A DNA stretch of 64,000 bases from assembly GCA_002269645.1 (NCBI GenBank), contig NIVC01000362.1, forward strand, positions 588,883 to 652,882. Reading direction: 5' to 3'. Under the pieces are notes generated by a model, which was not told the origin of the DNA, did not search any database, and was given only the letters and a program-made list of their open reading frames with translations. Each line of letters opens with the position of its first letter. The stretch's first letter is position 1. This document shows positions 12,385 through 24,732 of this stretch, one piece after another. The position numbers were made by a program, and so were the translations under genes. Source of the DNA: Macrostomum lignano (Eukaryota).

Positions 12385-13275
12385 TCCTAGAATCTCCTGC
12401 TCAAAATATCACCATTCCAAGAATCTCCTGCTCAAAACCTCACCATTCCAAGAATCTCCTGCTCAAAATCTCACCATTCCAAGAATCTCCTGCTCAAAAT
12501 CCCACCATTCCTAGAATCTCCGGCTCAAAATCTCACCATTCCAAGAATCTCCTGCTCAAAATCTCACCATTCCAAGAATCTCCTGCTCAAAATCCCACCA
12601 TTCCTAGAATCTCATTCTTAAAATCTCACCATTCCAAGAATCTCCTGCTCAAAATCTCACCATTCCAAGAATCTCCTGCTCAAAATCCCACCATTCCTAG
12701 AATCTCATGCTCAAAATCTCACCATTCCAAGAATCTCCTGCTCAAAATCTCACCATTCCAAGAATCTCCGGCTCAAAATCTCACCATTCCTAGAATCTCC
12801 TGCTCAAAATCTAACCATTCCAAGAATCTCCGGCTCAAAATCTCACCATTCCTAGAATCTCCTGCTCAAAATCTAACCATTCCTAGAATCTCCTGCTCAA
12901 AATCTCACCATTCCTAGAATCTCATGCTTAAAATCACACCATTCTTAGAGCCTCATGCTTAAAATCTCACCATTCCTAGAATCTCCTGCATAAAATCCCA
13001 CCATTCTTAGAGCCTCATGGTCAAAATCTCACTATTCCAAGAATCTCATGCTCAAAATCTCACTATTCCTAGAATCTCCTGCATAAAATCCCACCATTCT
13101 TAGAGCCTCATGGTCAAAATCTCATGCTCAAAATCTCACTATTCCTAGAATCTCCTGCTCAAAATCTCACCATTCCTAGAATCTCCTGCTCAAAATCCCA
13201 CCATTCTTAGAACCTCATGGTCAAAATCTCACTATTCCAAGAATCTCATGCTCAAAATCTCACTATTCCTAGTCT
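12385..13275. repeat. 31-bp minisatellite (CTCAAAATCTCACCATTCCAAGAATCTCCTG)
   Basis: About 28 copies between the DERA stop and the CHP 5' end. Confidence 0.95.
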
Positions 13276-13371
13276 CAGGCAAAAAATCGGCAAAAATCTC
13301 ACAACTATTAGAGTCAAAACGCTAAAAAGTTCAGCGTACTTAGCTACTCAAACTCATAACCAACTCAACTA

Positions 13372-13659
13372 TCAAGCCATCGGCAAATCCCCAGCAGTGG
13401 CGTCCCGGCCAATCAGCAAGCGAAACGCGGATTTCTCAATTTCGCCCAGCAGACTGCTGGCTCCGATCCTGAGCAGGTTTGGCTGCAGCCAGTCAGGCCC
13501 CAGAGCGAACTGCACCAGGTGCAAATAGTCCAGCGCGTCCGCCGCAGTCCGGATGCCGCCTGCCGGCTTGAACCCGACTCGCCGGCCGGTGCGAGCGTGA
13601 AATTCGCTGATGGCTCGGAGCATCACCAGCGACAGGGGCAGGGTGGCGTTCACCGACTC
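13372..13659 (-). CDS. DERA: Deoxyribose-phosphate aldolase, exon 3 (last)
   Basis: Acceptor CCCCAG|GAG; ESVNATLP...VGFKPAGGIR...LRIGASSLL...DLPMA, then stop. Confidence 0.95.
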   Translation of the reverse strand, partial: ESVNATLPLSLVMLRAISEFHARTGRRVGFKPAGGIRTAADALDYLHLVQFALGPDWLQPNLLRIGASSLLGEIEKSAFRLLIGRDATAGDLPMA

Positions 13660-13709
13660 CTGGGGTGCGAGGGGCGTTGGGTCATTTGGTAGCTGATTAT
13701 TTGTCATTT

Positions 13710-16210
13710 GATAGCTTATGACCAGTTACTATTGGTAGCTTATGACCTGTCATTTGGTAGCTTAAGACCAGTTACTTTTGGTAGCTTATGATCTGTCATT
13801 TGTTAGCTTATGACCTGTCATTTGGTAGCTTATGACCAGTTACTATTGGTAGCTTATGACCTGTCATTTGGTAGCTTATGACCAGTTACTATTGGTAGCT
13901 TATGATCTGTCATTTGGTAGCTTATGACCAGTTACTATTGGTAGCTTATGATCTGTCATTTGGTAGCTTATGACCTGTCATTTGGTAGCTTATGACCTGT
14001 CATTTGGTAGCTTATGACCTGTCATTTGGTAGCTTATGACCTGTCATTTGCTAGCTTATGACCAGTTACTATTGGTAGCTTATGATCTGTCATTTGGTAG
14101 CTTATGACCTGTCATTTGGTAGCTTATGACCTGTCATTTGGTAGCTTATGACCTGTCATTTGGTAGCTTATGACCTGTCATTTGGTAGCTTATGACCTGT
14201 CATTTGGTAGCTTATGACCAGTTACTATTGGTAGCTTATGATCTGTAATCTGGTAGCTTAAGACCTGTCATTTGGTAGCTTATGACCAGTTACTATTGGT
14301 AGCTTATGATCTGTCATTTGGTAGCATATGACCTGTCATTTGGTAGCTTATGATCTGTCATTTCGTAGCTTATGACCAGTTACTATTGGTAGCTTATGAT
14401 TATGACCTGTCATTTGGTAGCTTAAGACCAGTTACTATTGGTAGCTTATGATCTGTCATCTGGTAGCATATGACCAGTTACTATTGGTAGCTTATGATCT
14501 GTCATCTGGTAGCTTATGACCAGTTACTATTGGTAGCTTATGACCTGTCATTTGGTAGCTTAAGACCAGTTACTATTGGTAGCTTATGATCTGTCATCTG
14601 GTAGCATATGACCAGTTACTATTGGTAGCTTATGATCTGTCATCTGGTAGCTTATGACCTGTCATCTGGTAGCTTATGACCTGTCATCTGGTAGCTTATG
14701 ACCAGTTACTATTGGTAGCTTATGATCTGTCATTTGGTAGCATATGACCAGTTACTATTGGTAGCTTATGACCTGTCATTTGGTAGCTTAAGACCAGTTA
14801 CTATTGGTAGCTTATGATCTGTCATCTGGTAGCATATGACCAGTTACTATTGGTAGCTTATGATCTGTCATCTGGTAGCTTATGACCAGTTACTATTGGT
14901 AGCTTATGACCTGTCATTTGGTAGCTTAAGACCAGTTACTATTGGTAGCTTATGATCTGTCATCTGGTAGCATATGACCAGTTACTATTGGTAGCTTATG
15001 ATCTGTCATCTGGTAGCTTATGACCTGTCATCTGGTAGCTTATGACCTGTCATCTGGTAGCTTATGACCAGTTACTATTGGTAGCTTATGATCTGTCATT
15101 TGGTAGCATATGACCAGTTACTATTGGTAGCTTATGATCTGTCATTTCGTAGCTTATGACCAGTTACTATTGGTAGCTTATGATTATGACCTGTCATTTG
15201 GTAGCTTAAGACCAGTTACTATTGGTAGCTTATGATCTGTCATCTGGTAGCATATGACCAGTTACTATTGGTAGCTTATGATCTGTCATCTGGTAGCTTA
15301 TGACCAGTTACTATTGGTAGCTTATGACCTGTCATTTGGTAGCTTAAGACCAGTTACTATTGGTAGCTTATGATCTGTCATCTGGTAGCATATGACCAGT
15401 TACTATTGGTAGCTTATGATCTGTCATCTGGTAGCTTATGACCTGTCATCTGGTAGCTTATGACCTGTCATCTGGTAGCTTATGACCAGTTACTATTGGT
15501 AGCTTATGATCTGTCATTTGGTAGCATATGACCAGTTACTATTGGTAGCTTATGATCTGTCATTTGGTAGCATATGACCAGTTACTATTGGTAGCTTATG
15601 ATCTGTCATCTGGTAGCATATGACCAGTTACTATTGGTAGCTTATGATCTGTCATCTGGTAGCATATGACCAGTTACTATTGGTAGCTTATGATCTGTCA
15701 TTTGGTAGCATATGACCAGTTACTATTGGTAGCTTATGATCTGTCATTTGGTAGCATATGACCAGTTACTATTGGTAGCTTATGATCTGTCATCTGGTAG
15801 CATATGACCAGTTACTATTGGTAGCTTATGATCTGTCATCTGGTAGCTTATGACCTGTCATCTGGTAGCTTATGACCAGTTACTATTGGTAGCTTATGAT
15901 CTGTCATCTGGTAGCTTATGACCTGTCATTTGGTAGCTTAAGACCAGTTACTATTGGTAGCTTATGATCTGTCATCTGGTAGCTTATGACCTGTCATTTG
16001 GTAGCTTAAGACCAGTTACTATTGGTAGCTATGATCTGTCATTTGGTAGCTTATGACCAGTTACTATTGGTAGCTTATGATCTGTCATTTCGTAGCTTAT
16101 GACCAGTTACTATTGGTAGCTTATGATCTGTCATTTCGTAGCTTATGACCAGTTACTACTGGTAGCTTATGATCTGTCATTTGGTAGCTTATTATCTGTC
16201 ATTTGGTAGC
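13710..16210. repeat. Composite 22-bp / 24-bp minisatellite filling DERA intron 2
   Basis: Interspersed GGTAGCTTATGACCTGTCATTT (22 bp) and GGTAGCTTATGACCAGTTACTATT (24 bp) monomers over about 2.5 kb. Confidence 0.95.
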
Positions 16211-16353
16211 TCTTGAGAGGTATCTATCTCTCGCCTGTCATTGGGTATTTTTCTGACACTCAATGAGTCAATTGAGTACTTTCTGACACTATGTTAGCTG
16301 GAGCTTAAGAATCAACTGAGAATTGAAAATAAAGCCAATAGAACCAAACAAAC

Positions 16354-16530
16354 CTTTCCCGTGCTGGTCTTAATAAAATCGGCCCCAGCGTACATGCAGA
16401 CCAAGCTGGCCTTGTACACAGTCTCGTAGGCGGCCAGCTCCCCAACGCCCAGTATAGTTTTTAGGCAGACAGAGGGTCCGCAGGCCTCTCGCATCGCGCG
16501 CACCTCCTCGTAGACATCTGACCAGCGACC
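16354..16530 (-). CDS. DERA: DERA exon 2 (59 codons)
   Basis: Acceptor TAATAG|GGT, donor AAG|GTTTGT. GRWSDVYEEV...LKTIL...AGADFIKTSTGK contains the Schiff-base lysine motif. Confidence 0.95.
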
Positions 16531-16789
16531 CTATTACAGGTAGGAGTAATTTGATTGTACAAATCATATTTTATACTGCAGTTAATTATCGTGAAAAATA
16601 TTTGCCAGCCAGCTTACTTTTTAAATTAAGTAGCAAGCAAAGAAAACAGCAGCTATTTTACAAGAGAAAAGTCGATGTAAATAAAAGTACAAGCGGTGCA
16701 GACTTCAAATTTCCCCAAAGACGACTTCAGAACAATTAAAATTTGTGTGCGATTCTCAAAACTTAATATTCATCAGATTTCATAGCTCC

Positions 16790-17350
16790 CGATTTTCATA
16801 TCCCCTTAACTTCACATTTCCCAATCTTTACATTCCCTGTCACATTCCCCAATCTTCCTCAATCTTCACATTTCTTAATCTTTACATTCTCCAATCCTCA
16901 AATTCCCCAATTTTCACATTCCCTAATCTTGACATTCCCCAATCTTGACATTCCCCAATCTGCATATTGCCTAAGCTTCACATTCCCTAACCTTGACATT
17001 CCCCAATCTTTACATTCTCCAATCTGCGCATTCTCTAACTGTCACATTCCCCAATCTTCATCAATCTTCCTCAATCTTCACATTTCTTAATCTTTACATT
17101 CTCCAATCCTCAACTTCTCCAATTTTCACATTCCCTAATCTTGACATTCCCCAATCTGCATATTGCCTAATCTTCACATTCCCGAATCTTGACATTCCCC
17201 AATCTGCATATTGCCTAATCTTCACATTCCCTAATCTTGACTTTCCCCAATCTTTACATTCTCCAATCTGCACATTCCCTAACTGTCAAATTTCCCAATC
17301 TTCATCAATCTTCCCCAATCTTGACATTCCCCAATCCTTACATTCCTCAA
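16790..17350. repeat. Degenerate pyrimidine-rich minisatellite (ACATTCCCCAATCTT core) in DERA intron 1
   Basis: Recurrent TTCACATTCCC / AATCTT units. Confidence 0.85.
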
Positions 17351-17359
17351 TCTGCTCAC

Positions 17360-17896
17360 CTGCAGGGCCAGTGTCCGATTAATCACAATATCAACCTCAT
17401 TAGCGCCCTGCTCAACAGCCCACCGGATCTCGGCCAGGCGACTCTCCAAGCCGTACTGGCCGCTAGGAAAGCCGGTAGCAACGCAGGCCAGCCGAATTCG
17501 GTTGGAGGCGCCGATCTGATCCAGTGCAGACTTGGCCGCGGCAAGCTGGTAAGGATACAGGCACACAGCCGCAGTGTGCAGCTCATCTTTATCGATGCCG
17601 TGCTCAAACTCTAACTTGTCCAGCACAGCGAATGCGAAAGGTCGGCGAGCCTTGTGACACAGACGGACAACATTGCTGGGACAGTCGTCCCCGGCCAGTG
17701 TGGTCAAGTCTATTAAACTGGCCGCTTTCAATAGCCAGCCAAGGCGATATAGTTTACCATCGTTACTACTGTTAGCGGTTTCACTGTCCAGTCGATAGCG
17801 CCTGGTACCCCAGCGACAGTGCTCAGCGAGACTGTTGGCGCTGATGCACACGCCGTCAAGCAGATGAGTAGGCAACGGTAGAGCCGTGTGCTTCGC
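17360..17896 (-). CDS. DERA: DERA exon 1 (no genomic in-frame ATG; begins at an AG acceptor)
   Basis: WLLKAASLIDLTTLAGDD, AAVCLYP, VATGFPSGQ and EVDIVINR motifs. Donor CAG|GTGAGC. Frame is open from AAAAAG|GCG at 17896; an in-frame stop lies upstream with no ATG. Confidence 0.9.
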
Positions 17897-18699
17897 CTTT
17901 TTGTTTGAAAAAATTAAAAAATGTTGTACATTTCGTTATTAAACTACTGACATGACAATGAAAGTAGCATGATGCAGATATTCAATTTAGATTTTTTTAC
18001 TGCTAGCTTTTCTATATTGTTACTGTCAGTAGAGTAGACTGAAAATGACCAGTTAAAAATAATTAACTACTTCAGCTACAGACTGCACTACTGGGTTGAC
18101 ACTGTTGAGTAGCATGGTGCAAATATATGACATTTATTGAGGTTACCTATACCATCCCTATTATGCTATTTTTTAAGGTATTGAATTGTAAAGCGAAGCC
18201 AAATCTCACAAAGTCTATAGGATGTGGTAGGTAATTAGCAGATCTACAACCGTGTTCATAAAGATAAATGTTCTGGCAAAGTAATCAGACTTTTTTATTA
18301 CACGGAAGCAAGAAATGAAGAAATGACACGCAAGTTATACTGATAATTATCAAAACTTTACAACTGACTCTCGTACTGGATCGCATTTAATAGGAGAATT
18401 GAAAGACTCAACGTCAGTAGTATGCATCGGTTTTTATTGCTACAGAATAGTGTGCGTGTGTTGTGTGTGTGTGAAAAATGCAAACAATTAACAGTTCAAT
18501 TTCCACAAGAAATAAGCGGTAGGTCTTCAGTAATTTATATTGGCATCGTCAATCGCATACAACAGATATAATACTAGGCTGAAGTTACGCGTGCAAGAAT
18601 AAAGTTTTTATTGACAAAAAGTTATTAAAAATATAAAAAATCATTGTGAAGCACTGCTTGCTTTAACACCTGTGGTAGAGGGAAGTGGGAAGGCGGCGA

Positions 18700-19450
18700 T
18701 GGCCCAGCAACTGAGGATATGGGAGGCTGGTAAAGCAACTGAAGATCTGGGAGGCTGGCCCAGCAACTGACACTCTGGGAGGCTGGCCCAGTAACTGAGG
18801 ATCTGGGAGGCTGGCCCAGCAACTGAGGATCTGGGAGGCTGGCCCAGCAACTGAGAATCTGGGAGGCTGGCCCAGCAACTGAGAATCTGGGAGGCTGGCC
18901 CAGCAACTGAGAATCTAGGAGGCTGGCCCAGCAACTGAGGATCTGGGAGGCTGGCCCAGCAACTGAGAATCTGGGAGGCTGGCCCAGCAACTGAGAATCT
19001 GGGAGGCTGGCCCAGCAGCAACTGAGATCTGGGAGGCTGGCTGGCCCAGCAACTGAGGATCTGGGAGGCTGGTAAAGCAACTGAGAATCTGGGAGGCTGG
19101 CCCAGCAACTGAGGATCTGGGAGGCTGGCCCAGTAACTGAGGATCTGGGAGGCTGGCCCAGCAACTGAGGATCTGGGAGGCTGGCCCAACAACTGGGGAT
19201 CTGGGAGGCTGGCCCAGCAACTGACACTCTGGGAGGCTGGCCCAGCAACTGACACTCTGGGAGGCTGGCCCAGCAACTGAGGATCTGGGAGGCTGGCCCA
19301 ACTGGGGATCTGGGAGGCTGGCCCAGCAACTGACACTCTGGGAGGCTGGCCCAGCAACTGACACTCTGGGAGGCTGGCCCAGCAACTGACACTCTGGGAG
19401 GCTGGCCCAGCAACTGAGGATCTGGGAGACTGGCCCAGCAACTGACACTC
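18700..19450. repeat. 28-bp minisatellite (GGAGGCTGGCCCAGCAACTG family), heterogeneous copy
   Basis: About 27 copies immediately downstream of the ZDHHC16 stop. Confidence 0.95.
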
Positions 19451-19480
19451 TGTTAGGCTGGCTCAGCCGCGACAACACTA

Positions 19481-20623
19481 CTATACAACAGAAATGTCTT
19501 CAATAACATCGTCAACTGACATCAGCGTAGTCGGATAGGATAGTCCATCGCTGACTGGCGGACAAGTGGACGGCAGCAAGACGTGTCTCCAGAACGACCT
19601 CCCAGGTGCATCGATGCACAAGGCTTGTCTAAGATTTTTACGCCAGCCTAAATCGTACGGATTACGATAAGTCAATCCTTTAGCTAGCATAGATTTGGCC
19701 ATACGCCGATTAATATGAGTCTCAATGCAGGTCTCATTGCGGCTGGCCAGAAACACGTGATAGGCTGTCAAACAGCCCAATACCAGAGCTACAGCCGAGG
19801 TGAGAACAATCTCATAATAGACCATGTGGTGCACAGTGGCATACTGGAATAGCCAATCCAGTGCCGGTCTCTCCGCAGCCATAAAGGTCGAAGCATCAAT
19901 GGAAGCTGCATCAACATCATCGTCCCGATCCCAGCTGTAAAAGTGGTCATTATAAACCGGAGCAGCCACCAGCGCAACGTACACACAGCCGGCTAGCATG
20001 TACACGCAGAACAGTACAAAATGCTTATAATTGTACAATCCAACGCAAGAGTTAATCCACGGACAGTGATGATCCATGCGTAGGACGCATCGTTTGCATA
20101 CGGCGCAATGATGCGCCCGAGGCGGCTTAGGGGCGACGCATCGCCGACAGACGCCAACAACTGGAAAAGTGCAACCGGCTGGCGGGGACCCGGGGTCGGA
20201 GAAGGCGGCGCAGTAGTAATGAAACACAATGTTCACCAGCAGCCAGTGGCCGAACAGCAGGTGCCATAGACAGCGCAGCCGGCTCTCAAAGTACACGGCC
20301 GGCAATAGGCAAGTGTAGAATACGAATACTACTGAGGCGGTGAGTAGTATAACCAGGCAGACAAGTAGGGCGCCGAGTCTTTGAGCAACGGATTCGCCGA
20401 TGCGAACCAGCGGCCAAATGGCTGTCTCTATGCTGTAGTAGAAATCCGCGTGATGATTGTAGCAGAAGGCGCCGCAGAAGACTGCCAATTGGCGGCGGAG
20501 TTGGCGCCACAGGCGGTGCCTGCGGATCCGGCGGCAGCAGCGGCCGATCAGCAGCGCTGGCACTCGGCGTGTGCAGCGCTGAGGTGAGCGGAGGCGACGA
20601 GGCAAAACATTATTGGAGATCAT
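19481..20623 (-). CDS. ZDHHC16: Palmitoyltransferase ZDHHC16-like, intronless CDS, 380 aa
   Basis: DHHC-CRD PKPPRAHHCAVCKRCVLRMDHHCPWINSCVGLYNYKHF; four TM segments; HLLFGHWLLVNIVFHYY, ETCIETHIN and NPYDLG are typical of the ZDHHC16 clade. Confidence 0.9.
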   Translation of the reverse strand: MISNNVLPRRLRSPQRCTRRVPALLIGRCCRRIRRHRLWRQLRRQLAVFCGAFCYNHHADFYYSIETAIWPLVRIGESVAQRLGALLVCLVILLTASVVFVFYTCLLPAVYFESRLRCLWHLLFGHWLLVNIVFHYYCAAFSDPGSPPAGCTFPVVGVCRRCVAPKPPRAHHCAVCKRCVLRMDHHCPWINSCVGLYNYKHFVLFCVYMLAGCVYVALVAAPVYNDHFYSWDRDDDVDAASIDASTFMAAERPALDWLFQYATVHHMVYYEIVLTSAVALVLGCLTAYHVFLASRNETCIETHINRRMAKSMLAKGLTYRNPYDLGWRKNLRQALCIDAPGRSFWRHVLLPSTCPPVSDGLSYPTTLMSVDDVIEDISVV

Positions 20624-20669
20624 GCGCAGTAAGGATGTCGGAAAAACATGTCTATTTCTAAAAGCACAT

Positions 20670-21375
20670 GTGCCATTTCTGAATATTGAGATGCCATTTC
20701 TGAATATTGAGATGCCATTCCTGAATATTGAGATGCCATTTCTAAATATTGAGATGCCATTTCTAAATATTGAGATGCCAATTCTAATATTGAGATGCCA
20801 TTTCTGAATATTGGGTTGTCATTTCTGAATATTGAGATGCCATTTCTGAATATTGAGATGCCATTCCTGAATATTGAGATGCCATTTCTGAATATTGAGA
20901 TGCCATTTCTAAATATTGAGATGCCAATTCTATATATTGAGATGCCATTTCTGAATATTGGGTTGTCATTTCTGAATATTGAGATGCCATTTCTGAATAT
21001 TGAGATGCCATTCCTGAATATTGAGATGCCATTTCTGAATATTGAGATGCCATTTCTAAATATTGAGATGCCAATTCTATATATTGAGATGCCATTTCTG
21101 AATATTGGGTTGTCATTTCTGAATATTGAGATGCCATTTCTGAATATTGAGATGCCATTCCTGAATATTGAGATGCCATTTCTGAATATTGAGATGCCAT
21201 TTCTAAATATTGAGATGCCATTTCTACATATTGGGTTGTCATTTCTGAATATTGAGATGCCATTTCTGAATATTGGGTTGTCATTTCTGAATATTGAGAT
21301 GCCATTTCTGAATATTGAGATGCCATTTCTGAATATTGAGATGCCATTTCTGAATATTGAGATGCCATTTCTAAA
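20670..21375. repeat. 21-bp minisatellite (CTGAATATTGAGATGCCATTT) with 147-bp higher-order period
   Basis: About 33 monomers; the GGGTTGTC variant recurs at 20813, 20960 and 21107. Confidence 0.95.
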
Positions 21376-21984
21376 GACTTTTCTCTACTAATGCCATTTC
21401 TAAAACTCGATTTCGATTAAAATAAAAAGAAATAATACAACTAATTTCTGAAGGTGTAATTACCAGTTGAAATAAAATTGATAGATTCTTTCAGTTGCAT
21501 TAACCAGAAGAAGGCTAATAAGTGGTGTACAAAAATAAAAAAATGTATTAAAAACAGAAATATTAAAACAGGGATTGCAAATAAAAAACTGTACCTGAAA
21601 TGACAAAGTGAATGATAATTTACAAAGCTTGAAAGATAATTATAGAGAAAAATGGCAAATGGCAAAAAAGTTTTTAATAATACAGTACCGGTTTGTAGGA
21701 ACTATTTTACAGTTGGATTCGTTCTGTATAGTATGATAGTATGAAATAAAATGTAAGATGAATAAAACTATCAATATGAATAGTTCGGGAACTTATAATA
21801 AAACACGTATGAGCGGAAAAATTGTTATTAACAGCAAATGGATAATTAAGGGTTAGGAATTTCTTGCTGCACCCCAATAAAGTAACGCAGGCACATGAAA
21901 GGTGTTTATAATTTTTATTGATTTTTTATACTTAGATTCTGCTAATTGCTAATTTAATAATACGGAGTCTCTATTGACTTTGGA

Positions 21985-22440
21985 GAACTTCTAGAAGGAT
22001 ACCGAAGGTCTTTGTAGCTCTCTAAATGACATCTCTAGAAGGATACTGATGGTCTTTGTAGCTCTCTAAATGACATCTCTAGAAGGACACTGATGGTCTT
22101 TGTAGCTCTCTAAATGACATCTCTAGAAGGATACTGATGGTCTTTGTAGCTCTCTAAATGACATCTCTAGAAGGATACCGATGGTCTTTGTAGCTCTCTA
22201 AATAACCTTTGTAGAAGGACACTGATGGTCTTTGTAGCTCTCTAAATAACATTTCTAGAAGGATACTGATGGTCTTTGTAGCTCTCTAAATGACATCTCT
22301 AGAAGGATACCGATGGTCTTTGTAGCTCTCTAAATAACATTTCTAGAAGGATACCGATGGTCTTTGTAGCTCTCTAAATGACATTTCTAAAAGGATACCG
22401 ATGGTCTTTGTATAGCTCCCTAAATTTTACCTCTAAAAGC
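21985..22440. repeat. 44-bp minisatellite (GGTCTTTGTAGCTCTCTAAA core), downstream of NUPR1
   Basis: About 10 copies. Confidence 0.93.
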
Positions 22441-22617
22441 AGTCAATAGTCTTTGTTTAGCTCTTAAGTGCCGGCGACTCTCCCGTTGTCAGGAGTAGCA
22501 GCAAAAAATTACGTAACTCTACATCAGTGCAAATAGTCCTCACACCTATTAATAATATCAGTCAGTTGTCAATCACCAAAACCACCTGTAGTTAGCTCGA
22601 AGATCAATCGAGTTGAA

Positions 22618-22911
22618 TCAGATTTTATCAACGTCGATATCTTCTTCGGCAGCATTATTGCCGTCATTATTATTAGTAGCCGAAGACTTTCTGCGCACAG
22701 CATCGGCCACAGTTTTCGGTCCGGGGTGCAAATTTTTGGCCATGCTGTTCAGTCGATTGTTGCGCAATTTCTCAACAGCGATTCGATCCTGACGGTTGCC
22801 GTTGCTAGGCACCAGTTTGTGCTCCGCGGCGGCCCGTTTTGAGCGACCTTTGCCGCCTTTGCCGCCGAGATAGCGCTCAGCGTCGTAGTTGTACTCATCG
22901 TAGGCGGACAT
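22618..22911 (-). CDS. NUPR1: Nuclear protein 1 (p8/NUPR1 family), 97 aa
   Basis: MSAYDEYNYDAERYLGGKGGKGRSKRAAAEH...RQDRIAVEKLRN matches the invertebrate p8 pattern (DEYxxYNxD, GxxRSKxEAxEH, RKxxxKLxN). ATG at 22911 follows a CAGCAG acceptor; another in-frame ATG exists at 22929. Confidence 0.8.
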   Translation of the reverse strand: MSAYDEYNYDAERYLGGKGGKGRSKRAAAEHKLVPSNGNRQDRIAVEKLRNNRLNSMAKNLHPGPKTVADAVRRKSSATNNNDGNNAAEEDIDVDKI

Positions 22912-23029
22912 GTCGACTGCTGCATGCAATAAATAAAGCGCATGTGACTACTTTTAGTGGTTGATAACGCAACTTTTGATTGAATTTGAAACAAAAAATC
23001 TAACTAAAAGCTTGTATTATTTATTGGAA

Positions 23030-23445
23030 GTGGTCTTTGTAGATCTCTAAAAATTATCTCTAGAAGACTATTATGGTCTTTGTAGCTCTCTAAACTAAAT
23101 CTCGCCTCTAGAAGAGGGGTTGTGGTCTTTGTAGCTGTCCAGATACCGTCTCTAGAACAATGGTTTCGTCTGTGTAGCTCTCTAAATGCCGTCTCTTGAA
23201 CAATGTCTATGGTCTTTGTAGCTGTCTAAATTCAGTCTCTTGAACAATGTCTATGGTCTCTGTAGCTGTCTAAATGCTTTCTCTGGAACAATGTCTATGG
23301 TCTTTGTAGCTCTCTAAATGCCGTCTCTGGAACAATGTCTATGGGCTTTGTAGCTCTCTAAATTCCGTTTCTGGAACAATGTCTATGGGCTTTGTAGCTC
23401 TCTAAATTCCGTTTCTAGAACAATGTCTGTGGTCTTTGTAGCCCT
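23030..23445. repeat. 44-bp minisatellite (same GGTCTTTGTAGCT core), upstream of NUPR1
   Basis: About 9 diverged copies. Confidence 0.9.
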
Positions 23446-24159
23446 TGAAAAAAGCCGTTTTTAACAAATAAAAAAACAAGAGCAAACTGAGACTATCAGA
23501 AAACAAAAGTTAGGCTTGACTACTACGCTAGCAAGCGAGCATTCATAATCAGGTGAAAAGTAGTACAAAATGATTAGAGAACTATAGAGCAATCAGCAAA
23601 TTACTCATGAAAAATATAGCGACAATATGATAATAGTAAAATAAATATAGTGGGAAAGCTGGAAGCATTAGGGTTAGAAAAAAAGACAAAGCTAACAACA
23701 ACAATATCCGAACTGCTTTTTTGGACAAAGACTACATATATATAACAATCGGCACGATAAATATATGCAAGAAATTAGAGTTAAAGCATTTGGTAGCTAT
23801 TAGTCAAGTTGAGGTGAAAATGCAGCATATGCTTAGATTTATTATATATAAGAATTAGATAAAATAGCTATAGAAGCTAAGCCAGGCAAAGCCAAAACGA
23901 TATATAAGCGACTATAATGTTAAAGCTTAATAAGGCAACGAGTGTTTGATGCACAACAAGCGCGTTATCAGCATAAAACAACACAGTTTTCTTAGTTTGA
24001 TTTGCAGGCATTCTGATTAAACTGCAGTGCGGTTATCATTTAGAATAATCGGCGCTATGGGTTAGCAAAAATATTACCAAATATTTACGAATATTGTCGA
24101 TATTGCAGACATTTTGAGTTAATTTCTACAGTTAGCAGATATTCATCCTTCAGGTTCAG

Positions 24160-24275
24160 CTACCCTCCCTGATCCTTCAGTGGGTCCAGCTACCCCTCCC
24201 TGATCCTTCCGTGGGTCCAGCTACCCTCCCTGATCCTTCAGTGGGTCGCCGCTACTCCCTCCCTGATCCTTCAGG
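24160..24275. repeat. 30-bp minisatellite (CTACCCTCCCTGATCCTTCAGTGGGTCCAG)
   Basis: About 4 copies; related to 27697-28200. Confidence 0.85.
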
Positions 24276-24732
24276 GAGGCACTCACTCGAAGATACAATA
24301 TCGTACCCTTATAACATAACTAGAAGTACGATTTTGCAAACTTCTTTAAGAAAACGGAACAGAAAAGTGGCGTCAAAAGAAACGTTCCGTCCTATTAAAG
24401 AACCGTCAAGTTTTAAATCAACTTTATGCAAAACAATATAGTTACTAGCTAACTGTTATTGCACTAATTAAAAATCACGCAAATAAATATAGTTTTATTG
24501 TTCGTCTGATTGTTATAATGCTGCAAGTTGATTTTTAGTTCTATTTGACAGCGCGGAAACCGCTGTCATTTTCAAACTCGTACGTTGACCAATCCCCTTC
24601 ATCGTTGCTGCCGCTTATTGGCGCACAATACATCATAGACTGTTATTATTGAAGACTGCATGGCCATAGACAAATCAGCTTCAACGCTTGCATAGATAAA
24701 GACTGTGGAGGAGGACAGTGGAAAGCATGAAC

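Noticed and set aside
18625-18690. Extra terminal coding exon of ZDHHC16 after the 28-mer array
   Set aside because: An acceptor (CTACCACAG) exists, but the ORF already ends with tandem TAG stops at 19478-19483 and no strong donor precedes them; at most a 3' UTR intron.
20784-21391. MASQYSE / MPFLNIE repeat proteins
   Set aside because: 21-bp minisatellite; no unique coding flanks.
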